Source: Mustelus asterias
Lineage: Eukaryota
Assembly (NCBI RefSeq): GCF_964213995.1
Contig: NC_135815.1
Coordinates: 11,408,001-11,472,000, forward strand
DNA: 64,000 bases
Direction: 5' to 3'
Below the pieces are notes generated by a model, which saw only the letters and a program-made list of their open reading frames with translations, was not told where the DNA came from and did not search any database. Of the stretch, positions 51,015 through 61,412 are shown piece by piece; the first letter of the stretch is position 1; the number at the start of each line of letters is the position of its first letter. The position numbers and the translations under genes were made by a program.

Positions 51015-51210
51015 AAGCTTATTTATTAGTATCACAAGTAGGCTTACATTAACACTGCAATGAAGTTACTGTGAAAATCCCCTAGTCGTCACACTCCAGT
51101 GCCTGTTCGGGTACACAGAGGGAGAATTTAGCATGGCTAGTGCACCTAACCAGCACATCTTTCGGACTGTGGGAGGAAACCAGAGCACCCGGAGGAAACC
51201 CAAGCAGATA
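51015..51210 (-). mobile_element. HE1-like V-SINE 3' half, tail B
   Basis: Antisense tail B plus part of the V-domain; shorter tail-only copies at about 19383-19525, 30607-30673 and 34915-34985. Confidence 0.85.
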
Positions 51211-52591
51211 AAGAGAAAATATTTAATCTGTTAAGTGAATCCAGGATGAGGAGATACAAAACTCAATTGATATCTGGATATCTCACTCCCAAAAGACTGC
51301 GAATGCTGGGACAAGTCTTCAAGGCTGATATTGATAGATAAAAGTATCAAGGGATGTGGGGTTGAGGTACAGATTCGCCACAATATAATTGAATGCTGGG
51401 GCTGGTTCAAGAATTGAATGGTTTACCTCCATCTCTGTTAGGGTTTTAGAGAAAGCTGTTTCTGGTTGTTCTAAAAATGTGCACTTGTCTAAAACTCTCA
51501 AATGAGATGAGAAATCACATGGAATAAAGTGATGAAAGAGTAAATCCAGGAGCAACAATATATTATCATCACAGAAATTACTGGAAAAGCTCAGCAGGTC
51601 TGGCAGCGCCTGTGGAGAGGAACACAATTAACATGTCAAGTCGAATTTAACTTCAGAACCATTCTTTACAAAATAGACTCATTTGTGCTTACATAAGATT
51701 CCACTGGTGCAGATTGTCTCACTAAATTGTCAAGGATGGGTGAGGGGAAACATTAGCACAAAACTAGTGATCGCTGTTGAGTTGAATGACAGACAAAATA
51801 GACTGAGTGTAAAGTACCACAGCTCAAGGTAAATTTCACCCCACTTCACATATAAATCTGGGCACTAACTCTCTAGAAGAACTGGACATCACTATCAACC
51901 ACCATTCACAAACAAAAGCAATATACTACAGATGCTGAAAATCTGAAATAAAAACGAAATGCTGGAAACACTCAGCAGATCTGACAGCATCTGTGGAGAG
52001 AGACAAACAATTAACACTTGAGGTCAAGGATCTTTCTTCAGAATTGAAGGGAGATAAAAAAAAACAGAGGTGCGGTTGGAGTGGGAGTAGGAGAAAGAAC
52101 AAAAGGGAAGGTCTGTGATAGGTTGGAGGGCAGGAGAAATTAACTGACAAAAAAATATTGGTACAAAAGGCAAAGTGAGGGGTAATGGTTATAGTAAAGA
52201 AACTAAATATGTGCCCAGAATGGGTGTGTATAGTGAACAGCTGTGTCCATAAGCAAAAAACATGAAAAATAAAATAAGATGGGGACAGGGGGTAACAGTG
52301 CAGGGGGGCTAGCAGTAGATGCAGAGTTTATGATCTGAAATTGTTGAACCCTCAGTGTTGTGTCCAAAAGTACCTAATCAAATTATGAGGTGCACTCCTT
52401 AAGCTTGTTTTGAGCTTCAATGGAACAATGGACAGAGATGTCTGCTTGGGCGAAAGGTGGAGAATTAAAATACAAGCCCCCGGAATCTCAGGATTGCACT
52501 TGCAGACAGAGGAGGTGTTCTGCAAAGTGGACACCCAATTTGCATTGGATTTCCCCAACGTAGAGGAGACTGTACTGTGAGCAACGAATAC

Positions 52592-53600
52592 TGATTTGAT
52601 TTTGATTTGATTTATTATTGTCACATGTATTAGCATACAGTGAAAAGTATTGTTTCTTGCGCGTTATACAAAGTATACCATTCATAGAGAAGGAAACGAG
52701 AGAGTGCAGAATGTAGTGTTACAGTGATAGCTAGGGTGCAGAGAAAGATCAACTTAATGCAAGGGAGGTCCATTCAAAAGTCTAACGACAGCAGGGAAGA
52801 AGCTGTTCTTGAGTCAGTTGGTACGTGACCTCAGACTTTTGTCTCTTTCTCCCAACGGAAGAAGGTGGAAGAGAGAATGTCCGGGGTGCGTGGGGTCTTT
52901 AATTATGCTGGCTGCTTTGCCGAGGCAGCAGGAAGTGTAGACAGAGTCAATCAATGGGAGGCTGGTTTGCGTGATGGATTGAGGCTACATTCACGATCTT
53001 TTGTACTTTTGTGCGGTCTTGGGCAGAGCAGGAGCCATACCAAGCTGTTACACAACCAGAAAGAATGCTTTCTATGGTGCATCTGTAAACGTTGGGGAGA
53101 GTCGAAGCTGATATGGCAAATTTCCTTAGTCTTCTGCGAAAGTAGAGGCATTGGTGGGCTTTCTTAACTATTGTGTCGGCAGCAGGGGACCAGGACAGGT
53201 TGTTGGTGATCTGGACACCTAAAAGCTTGAAACTCTCGACCCTTTTTACTTTGTCCCTGTTGATGTAGACAGGGGCTTGTTCTCCTTTACACTTCCTGAA
53301 GTCGATAACAATTCCTTTGTTTTGCTGACATTAAGGGAGATTATTGTCGCAGCACTAGTTCACCAGATTCTCTGTCTCATTCCTGTACTCTGTCTTGTCA
53401 TTGTTTGAGATCCGACCCACTACGGTGGTGTCATCAGCAAACTTGAAAATCAAATTGGAGGGGAATTTGGCCACACAGTCATAGGTGTATAAGGAGTAGA
53501 GGGCTGAGAACACAGCCTTGTGGGGCACCGGTGTTGAGGATGATCGTGGAGGAGATGTTGTTGTCTATCCTTACTGATTGTGACCTGTGTGTTAGGGAGT
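52592..53600 (-). mobile_element. Rex1/Babar-type LINE (RT C-terminal half to 3' end)
   Basis: LNTGAPQGCVLSPLL motif; (CAAAT)n tail. Confidence 0.9.
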
Positions 53601-55165
53601 TAGAACATAAGAAATAGGAGCAGGAGTAGGCCATCTGGCCCTTCGAGCCTGCCCCGCCATTCAACAAGATCATGGCTGATCTGAAGCGAATCAGTTCCAC
53701 TTACCCGCCTGCTCCCCATATCCCCTAATTCCCTTATCGATCAGAAAACTATCGACCCATGATTTAAACATATTCAACGAGGAAGCCTCCACCACTTCAA
53801 TGGGCAGAGAATTCCAGAGATTCACTACCCTCTGAGAGAAGAAGTTCCCCCTCAACTCTGTTCTGAACCGGCCCCCCCATATTTTGAGGCTGTGCCCTCT
53901 AGTTCTGGTTTCCCTTCTAAGTGGAATCTCTCCACCTCTACCCTATCCAGCCCCTTCATTATCTTATATGTCTCTATAAGATCACCCCTCATCCTTCTAA
54001 ACTCCAATGAGTACAGACCCAATCTGTTTAATCTCTCCTCATAAGCTACACCCCTCATCTCCGGTATCAACCTGGTGAACCTTCTCTGCACTCCCTCCAA
54101 GGCCAATATATCCTTTCGCAAATAAGGGGACCAAAACTGCACACAGTACTCCAGTTGCGGCCTCACCAGTGCCTTGTACAGTTGCAGCAAGACCTCCTGC
54201 TTTTATATTCTATCCCCCTCGCGATAAAGGCCAACATTCCATTCGCCTTCTTGATCACCTGCTGCACCTGCAGACTGAGTTTTTGAGATTCGTGCAGAAG
54301 GACCCCCAGGTCCCTCTGCACAGTCGCACGATGTAATTTTTCTCCATTTAAATAATATTCCAATTTACTATTATTTCTTCCAAAGTGGATAACCTCACAT
54401 TTGCTAACGTTATATTCCATCTGCCAGATCCTCGCCCACTCGCTCAGCCTATCCAAATCTCTCTGCAGACTTTCCGCGTCCTCCACGCAATTCGCTTTCC
54501 CACTCACCTTCGTGCCATCAGCAAACTTGAATACCCTACATTCAGTCCCCTCCTCCAGATCATCTATGTAAATGGTAAACAATTGAGGCCCCAGCACCGA
54601 TCCCTGCGGCACGCCACTGGTTACCAACTGCCAACCAGAAAAGCACCCATTTATCCCAACTCTCTGCTTCCTGTTAGATAGCCAATCCCCAATCCACGCC
54701 AACACCTTACCCCTAACTCCGTGTACCCCAATCTTCTGCAGCAACCTTTTGTGAGTCACCTTATCGAACGCCTTCTGGAAATCTAAAAACACCACATCCA
54801 CCGGTTCCCCTCTGTCAACCGCACTAGTGACATCTTCATAAAAGTCCAGTAGATTCGTCAAACACGACTTTCCCTTCATGAATCCATGCTGCGTCTGCTT
54901 GATCGAACCATTCTTATTCAGGTGCTCTGTTATTTCCTCTTTAATAATGGACTCTAGCATCTTCCCAACTACGGACGTTAAGCTAACCGGCCTGTAGTTA
55001 CCCGCCTTTTGTCTACTTCCTTTTTTAAACAGCGGCGTAACAGTAGCTGTTTTCCAGTCAGCCGGCACTACCCCAGAGTCCAGCGAATTTTGATAAATTA
55101 CTACTAACGCATCTGCTATTACCTCAGCCATTTCTTTCAGTACCCTGGGATGCATTCCATCCAGG
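53601..55165 (-). mobile_element. Young CR1 LINE, 5'-truncated, frameshifted
   Basis: 330-aa RT ORF 54163-55155 continuing in ORF 53852-54190; catalytic motif reads FADG; 3' UTR to 53601. Confidence 0.95.
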
Positions 55166-55986
55166 AGAAGTGCTTGTGGTCCTGCACAATGAGAGAGGAG
55201 GTCTCAGGGCAGGTATTACGCCTCCTTTGTTTGCATTAAGGAGGTGCCATCGGAGAGAAGTGAAGGATTGGGCATAATTGAGAAGTGGACCAAGGTGTTT
55301 TAGAGGGAACGATCCTTTCAGAATGTTAACAGGGAATAATGAATATTAAATTATCAACTATTATCAAATAATATTCATTATAAACCCACTGATTGTCAGG
55401 CTGCAGTTCCTCACACCCTGCTCTCTTTAAGGACTTCATTTTAAATTTCAAACAATGCTCGTCAGATAACTGTCAATCATCATCAACTGGTGCATTTTCC
55501 ATGGCAATGCCTCTCCAATCAGAGGTCACCTGCCAAAACCAAACAGCATTCGCTTCTCATACAGTATCATTTTTTGTTTTCCCTTACATTGATATTTTTG
55601 CAAAGTGTCCTGATGAAGCAAGATGAAAAGTTTCAACACGTCTCTTTATTTCAGCAATATTCAAGTTCTGTACTACCAAATAACTGTTTGCCTTCCTTGG
55701 TTCTATATTAAACTAGTAGCCAAAATCCTCTTCAGGTGCTTATGATAGGGTGTCAGCAGTCATAAACAATGACAAATGTTTCCTATTGATGCCTGAGCAA
55801 TTAATCATTTACAAAAGCTTCACAGATTCGTAGAAAAATGGGTCGTAGCTGAAACTGAACCAGAATAAATATCAACAATAAAGTCAGATTTTGTGCTGGG
55901 GATGGAAGGCTGAGGATAAGAGACAGAATGTATGGTGACAACTTTATTGTCCGACCAACCTGCCAGTCTTCAATTCCCTGATACAA

Positions 55987-56325
55987 GGGCGGCACGGTAG
56001 CACAGTGGTTAGCACTGCTGCTTCACAGCTCCAGGGTCCTGGGTTCGATTCCCGGCTTGGGTCACTGTCTGTGTGGAGTTTGCACATTCTCCTCGTGTCT
56101 GCGTGGGTTTCCTCCGGGTGCTCCGGTTTCCTCCCACAGTCCAAAGATGTGCGGGTTAGGTTGATTGGCCAGGTTAAAAATTGCCCCTTAGAATCCTGAG
56201 ATGTGTAGGTTAGAGGGATTAGCGGGTAAACATATGTGGGGGTAGGGCTTGGGTGGGATTGTGGTCGGTGCAGACTCGATGGGCCGAATGGCCTCCTTCT
56301 GCACTGTAGGGTTTCTGTGATTTCT
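55987..56325 (+). mobile_element. Young full-length HE1-like V-SINE, tail A
   Basis: GGGCGGCACGGTAGCACAGTGG head, B box GGTTCGATTCC, V-domain, tail A. Confidence 0.93.
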
Positions 56326-56577
56326 GTGAACTGAGTGTTCGGGTAACTGAACTGGTATGATATCCTGCAAATTTCTGCCTTTATGCAATTGTTGTACAGT
56401 TTACTGCTGCACCGATTGCTCAATTAAATCCTAAAGGCTATGAAACTATAACAAATAATTTTTGTGATAAGTCACTTCTAATTAAAAGCAAAATACTCCG
56501 GATGCTGGAAATTGGCAATAAAAAAAAATGCTGGATAAACTCAGCAGGTTTGGCAGCATCTGTAGAGAGAGAAACAA

Positions 56578-56618
56578 GAGTTAATGTTTCGAGTCCATAT
56601 AACCCTTCGACAGAACTC
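56578..56618 (-). ncRNA. Hammerhead-like motif in a Penelope family-2 terminal fragment (56485-56620)
   Basis: GAGUU-CUGUCGA-A-GGGUU auaug GACUC-GAAAC-AUU-AACUC: perfect stem I, stem II, one core deviation. Confidence 0.55.
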
Positions 56619-56719
56619 TTCTAATTTCTTGATTACTGTTTAGTTGTGGTTTATGTTTGTAATACCAATAAAGCACTGTTTTGTATGCTGACCCTAACTT
56701 TCTGTTTTATTTATGGCAG

Positions 56720-56863
56720 TACTCTGTAAAGAAACCTCAAAAACCGTGTCACAGTTCAAGGACATTTAACAACGGTAGATTGCCATGGATCGTTCTAGCA
56801 ACTTCTGTGGTGACTGTAGCCATCGTGATAGGGGCACTGAAACTCTCAGCTGTAAAGAAATGA
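56720..56863 (+). CDS. SYNJ2BP/OMP25-like exon 4 (C-terminal transmembrane tail anchor)
   Basis: ggcag|YSVKKPQKPCHSSRTFNNGRLPWIVLATSVVTVAIVIGALKLSAVKK*; phase 0, hydrophobic segment plus basic tail, AATAAA directly after the stop. Total 152 aa. Confidence 0.78.
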   Translation, partial: YSVKKPQKPCHSSRTFNNGRLPWIVLATSVVTVAIVIGALKLSAVKK

Positions 56864-57147
56864 AATAAATCCTCATTTATTTATGTAATAACCTTGCCAG
56901 TACCAGTTAAAGGCTTGCCAGTGCCTTTATTTTGTTGCAGCACAATTACAACCACATCAAACTATTAGTGCAAAGGACAGGTGGCACGAAGTGGAAATAT
57001 GGTTTATAAATGCAGGTTCTGGAAATCTGAAACACTAAAGACAATACCAGGAATCCACAGTAAGATTGGTTAGCATTTGAAAGAGAAAGAAAGGTACTCA
57101 TTTCAAAGAAAGCTGCTGTGTCAGAACTTGATGTAGTGCTGTTACAT

Positions 57148-57481
57148 ACCATAGGAATCCGACAGTGCAGGAGGCCATTTGGCCCATCGAGTCTGCACCA
57201 AAAACAATCCCACCCAGGCCCTATCCCATAACCCCACGTATTTGGCCTGCTAATCCTCCGAACCAATGCATTCTGGGACACTAAGGGGCAATTTAGCATG
57301 GCCATTGTACCTAACTCTCACATCTTTGGACTGTGGGAGGAAACCGGAGCACCCGGAGGAAACCCACGCAGACACGAGGAGAATGTGCAAACTCCACACA
57401 GACAATGACCCAAGCCGGGAATCGAACCTTGGTGTCTGGCGCTTTGAGGCAGCAGTGCTAATCACTGTGCCACCCTGCCGC
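57148..57481 (-). mobile_element. HE1-like V-SINE, tail A
   Basis: Full-length antisense copy. Confidence 0.9.
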
Positions 57482-57703
57482 TCATAAATATACCTGAAAA
57501 TGTATCTTTCCAGATACTGTCTGATTTGCTGTGGCACTCCCAGCATTTAATGGTTGACTTTTTAAAAAGTCAACATTTACTCTGGCTGAAGGATGGCTGA
57601 TACTCCTTTGGTATATCTGGGGTTAAGACAGGACTTCTATTTGGAGAAAAATACCCTTCAATTACATGTACAAGATACAAAATACAGTATTTGGGCAAAA
57701 GCA

Positions 57704-57810
57704 AGAGTTTTGACAAAGGATCGTCTGGACTCGAAACGTCAGCTCTTTTCTCTCCTTACCGATGCTGCCAGACCTGCTGAGATTTTCCAGCATTTTCTCT
57801 TTTGGTTACA
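57704..57810 (+). mobile_element. Penelope family-2 terminal fragment with a variant hammerhead
   Basis: AGAGUU-UUGACAA...GACUC-GAAAC-GUC-AGCUCU followed by the family terminal sequence. Confidence 0.7.
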
Positions 57811-57869
57811 GTATTTGGACTATTATGAAAACGAATGACAATTAACGTCCCTAATATAACTTCTGGACC

Positions 57870-58510
57870 CTTGCCGTGATGAGAGGCTCGAGGACCGTAT
57901 CCCGCTCCATTTTATCTCCCTGACTACCGATGCATCGACACTCTCGCCTTTCGATTGCCTCTCATTGAAACCTTCAGCGATGCCCTTCCGTGGGGTAGTC
58001 GCCCGGGGCGGGGTCTCCACCACTTCCTCCTCCTGGCATAGCGCCCCCGGGCGGTGGGGAGGTCTGGATTCCCATCACCACTATCGCTGCAGCGCCCCCG
58101 GGAGTTGGGGAGGTCTGGATTTCCGTCACCTCCACCACCTCCTCCTATCGCTGCAGCGCCCCCGGGCGGTGCGGAGGGATGAGAAGCTGCTTCGTCTTTT
58201 GTCCGCCGACGATGGGGACGGGGGGAGGGTGGATGCGGTGATAGAGTCGCTCGAGCGCCTTTGCTGGAGGAGCGGCCGTTGGGGCGGCGGCGTCTCGCCC
58301 GGTGAGACGGAGGGGGCCGGGGCCAGGGCAGGGCGGGGTCGGGCCGGGGGGAGGGGGAAGCCGGAGGGGATAGCCCTGGGAAGCCGCGGCTTGGGGTGAG
58401 GGAAGAGGAGGGGGAAGCCCAGCCTGCGCCGCCCGCTGGAGCAACCGGGAGAGAATGGCCAACGAGCTGGTGATCCTCAATGTGTACGACATGGTGAGTG
58501 AGCGGCAATT
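57870..58510 (+). promoter_or_regulatory. CpG island, promoter and 5' UTR of DESI2
   Basis: Sharp GC/CpG enrichment, GC boxes and a triplicated GCGCCCCCGGG motif, ending at the exon-1 donor. Confidence 0.85.
58455..58493 (+). CDS. DESI2: DESI2 (PPPDE1) first coding exon; no further exon found in the window
   Basis: MANELVILNVYDM|gtgagt resembles human MGANQLVVLNVYDM; phase 0; lies in a CpG island. Confidence 0.88.
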
Positions 58511-58653
58511 TAACCCTCAGTAACACTCACAACTTACTAACTCATACCGTCTGCCTTTAAACTACTACAAATCCTTAAGCTGCTTCAAGATATTTGTTCC
58601 ATTGCTGCTGAATTACTCGAGAAATTTAGGACTAAAGAAGTGAAGTAGATCTC

Positions 58654-58812
58654 AAAATCCACTCAAACTTTAACTCAAAATTCCTCCCAAAATCCACTCA
58701 AACCTCCTCCCAAAATCCACTCAAAATTCCTCCCAAAATCCACTCAAACCTCCTCCCAAAATCCACTCAAACCTCCTCCCAAAATCCACTCAAACCTCCT
58801 CCCAAAATCCAT
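58654..58812. repeat. 23-24 bp minisatellite, about 6 copies
   Basis: Unit AAAATCCACTCAAACCTCCTCCC with variant ...AAAATTCCTCCC; no G on the + strand. Confidence 0.9.
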
Positions 58813-59469
58813 CTGAAAAACCATTAAAATTTCATCCATTCAAGCCTATATAAATGAAATGTACACACACACATCTATTTATATATATAATTGCACTTTT
58901 GAGTCAAAAAGAATCTAATTTGCCTTAAGCAAATTAGTCAAATTCAGTTTTTCTCATGAGATTTTTGTGGTTTGGAAGTTGAATTCCTGTTTCCTCTTAA
59001 ATCAGTGTCTTTGCACTTTGCTGATCTTATTGCTTTTGCTTTAATGATTTGATCGAATAAAGGCATAAACTAACCTTTTAAACTGTGAATATATTTGTTG
59101 CACTGTGCTACATGGTGAAATGGTTTGCGTGATGAAAGTCATTGTGAAAATGGAACTGAAGTGGAACCTTTCAAAACTAAGAAACCTTGTCTGAAGCTGA
59201 ATGGTGCTCTGTTGCAGATTAAAATGTTTCTTTTAAATTATTAGTGACTGCATCTATTTGTTTCACTTCTCAACAATGAGGTTCAGTCATACCACTTTTA
59301 CTTGAGATAATTTTAGTTCTTGTTGAATAACTTGATTCTGATACTTTTAAACAAAATTTAAAGCTTACCCTTTGTGTGTTTTATTGAGTGTGACCAAAAT
59401 AATCTAACCCTTTTGGGGTTACAAATTTATGCAAATCTCCACAACATTGTAAACTTTACTGGCCCAGCA

Positions 59470-59770
59470 GATGGTGATGTTGTGGTAACTGGACTATCGA
59501 TTCAGAGACTCCGGCTACTGGGGACATGGGTTCAAATCCCACTGTGGCAGCTGCTGGAACCGGAATTGAAAACTAGTATTAGTGACGGCAATGTCTTTTA
59601 GGGAAGGAAATCTGCTATCCTTATCTGGTCTGGCCTACTGTGACTCCAGATCCACAGCAATGTGGTTGACTCTTAACTGCCCCTGAAATGACCTCGCAAG
59701 CCTTTCTGTTTGAGGACAATTAAGAATGGGCAGCAAATGCCGCCCTGCCAATGATGTCCACTTCCCATTA
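59470..59770 (+). mobile_element. tRNA-derived SINE, second family (internally deleted)
   Basis: B box GGGTTCAAATCCC, body TTTAGGGAAGGAAATCTGC...TGTGGTTGACTCTTAACTG, tail like that of the LINE at 43930-43995. Confidence 0.8.
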
Positions 59771-60395
59771 GTAAGCATATCTGTCTTGTTAGCATGTTAA
59801 ACTCAAGGGGAAGTATTCACAAATGTTTCCCCTCCCATCTAACCTTGAATGTGATAGTTTCACTTGGTCAATGGGATCGATTTAATGTGACACAAGTTCA
59901 GTTTAACTGGGAATCTTGCCTGCACCACCCTCTCCAAGTAAGCGTTGGCAAAGGGTTACTCTGATTGCCAATTTGTAGCAGCGTTGTAAATATATTTTAA
60001 AAGTGCATGGTTGCATTACACAGCGAGCACAGGAACTAATTTACCACAGAGACTAACCTGAGTTTTAAAAGTCAGTATTTACTAAAATGTATTTCATCCT
60101 TGGTACTTGTAGTGGGATTGTTCAATACCAAAGCGGAAAGAGTCAGAGACATGACTTAGACGTTTAAACATCTCATTTTTCTTTCAACAATTCCCATGTG
60201 AATTGCTGGATGGGTGCAGTATCAAAGAAGAGGAACATTGTATTCGTTCATACCAGGTTTCCTTTATGATTTGGTTAGTGATTGGAACTTGTGTAGTTTG
60301 AGGTAATTGCCAGTGTTTTGAGTTATGCTAGGGTGGTTTGCTGTGTTACCCACACACAGTTTATTTTCTCTTCTGGAACCCATAAATAAATAAAA

Positions 60396-60836
60396 TCTTG
60401 CATCTATGTAGCACTTTCCACAACCACTGAACATCTCAAAGCACTTTACCGGCAATTAAATACTTATTTAAAAAGTGCAGTCACTTTTCTAATGAAAGAA
60501 ATGGCCTGCCAATTTGCACACAACAAGCTCCCATAGACAGCAATGTGAAAATGACCAGGGGGTATGTTTTGTGATGTTGAGTAAGAGATAAATATTGACC
60601 AGGACACTGGGGATAACTCCCCCTGTTCTTCTTTGAAAGGGTGCCATAGGACCTTTTGCATTGACCCATATGGGCAGATGGGGCCTTCGTTTAACATCTC
60701 ACCCGAAGGATGGCACCTCCAACTATAAGAAATGCACTGGCATGCCAGCCTTGATTTTCATATTCGAGATCTGGAGTGACTGTTGAACTGGGACATTTGA
60801 TTTGAGTGAGAATGCTATCAACTGAGCCACAGCTGA
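60396..60836 (-). mobile_element. Deu-domain SINE (SacSINE1/AmnSINE1-like)
   Basis: Antisense head TCAGCTGTGGCTCAGTTG, Deu-like core (GATGTTAAACGAAGGCCCC...CCCCAGTGTCCTGGTCAATATTTATC) and an L2-like tail. Degraded relatives near 15510-15725 and 39590-39790. Confidence 0.7.
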
Positions 60837-60916
60837 CGTTATAAAGGAATTTGAATATCTTGAAACTTGCATCAGTGAGGGTGTAGCTAATATGTCATCT
60901 GTATTACCTCATTGAT

Positions 60917-61412
60917 GATGTGGAGATGCCGGTGTTGGACTGGGGTAAACACAGTAAGAAGTTTAACAATGCCAGGTTAAAGTCCAACAAGTTTATTTGG
61001 TAACAAAGCCACAAGCTTTCAGAGCCTTAAGCCCCTTCTTCAGGTGAGTGGGAATTCTGTTCACAAACAGGGCATATAAAGACACAGACTCAATTTACAG
61101 AATAATGGTTGGAATGCGAATACTTACAGCTAATCAAGTCTTTAAAGTACAAACAATGTGAGTGGAGAGAGCATTAAGACAGGTTAAAGAGGTGTGTATT
61201 GTCTCCAGACAGGACAGCCAGTGAGACTCTGCAGGTCCAGGCAAGCTGTGGGGGGTTACACATAGTGTGACATGAACCCAATATCCCGGTTGAGGCCGTC
61301 CTCATGTGTGCGGAACTTGGCTATCAGTTTCTGTTCAGCGACTCTGTGCCGTCGTGTGTCGTGAAGGCCGCCTTGGAGAACGCTTACCCGAATATCAGAG
61401 GCCAAATGCCCG
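60917..61412 (-). mobile_element. Penelope-like element 3' part (same family as 12008)
   Basis: Clearly similar to 12008-12550; contains a hammerhead motif. Confidence 0.88.
61009..61052 (-). ncRNA. Minimal hammerhead ribozyme motif, second copy
   Basis: CAC-CUGAAGA-A-GGGGC uuaag GCUCU-GAAA-GCUU-GUG. Confidence 0.65.

Larger units (their letters stand above)
51910..55335 (-). mobile_element. Penelope family-2 remnant split by Rex1 and CR1 insertions
   Basis: IRCSQYSLLYVGE...LGVHFAEHL GIY-YIG remnant (52488-52590); the element resumes at about 55166. Confidence 0.72.

Noticed and set aside
55987-56060. tRNA genes at SINE heads
   Set aside because: A/B boxes are present but run directly into SINE bodies, with no complete cloverleaf.
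57924-58526. Long overlapping ORFs (200, 144 and 115 aa) in the DESI2 CpG island
   Set aside because: Low-complexity Pro/Arg/Gly translations expected from stop-poor GC-rich DNA; no recognisable domain.
58654-58812. CRISPR-like array
   Set aside because: Head-to-tail tandem repeat with no unique spacers, in eukaryotic DNA.
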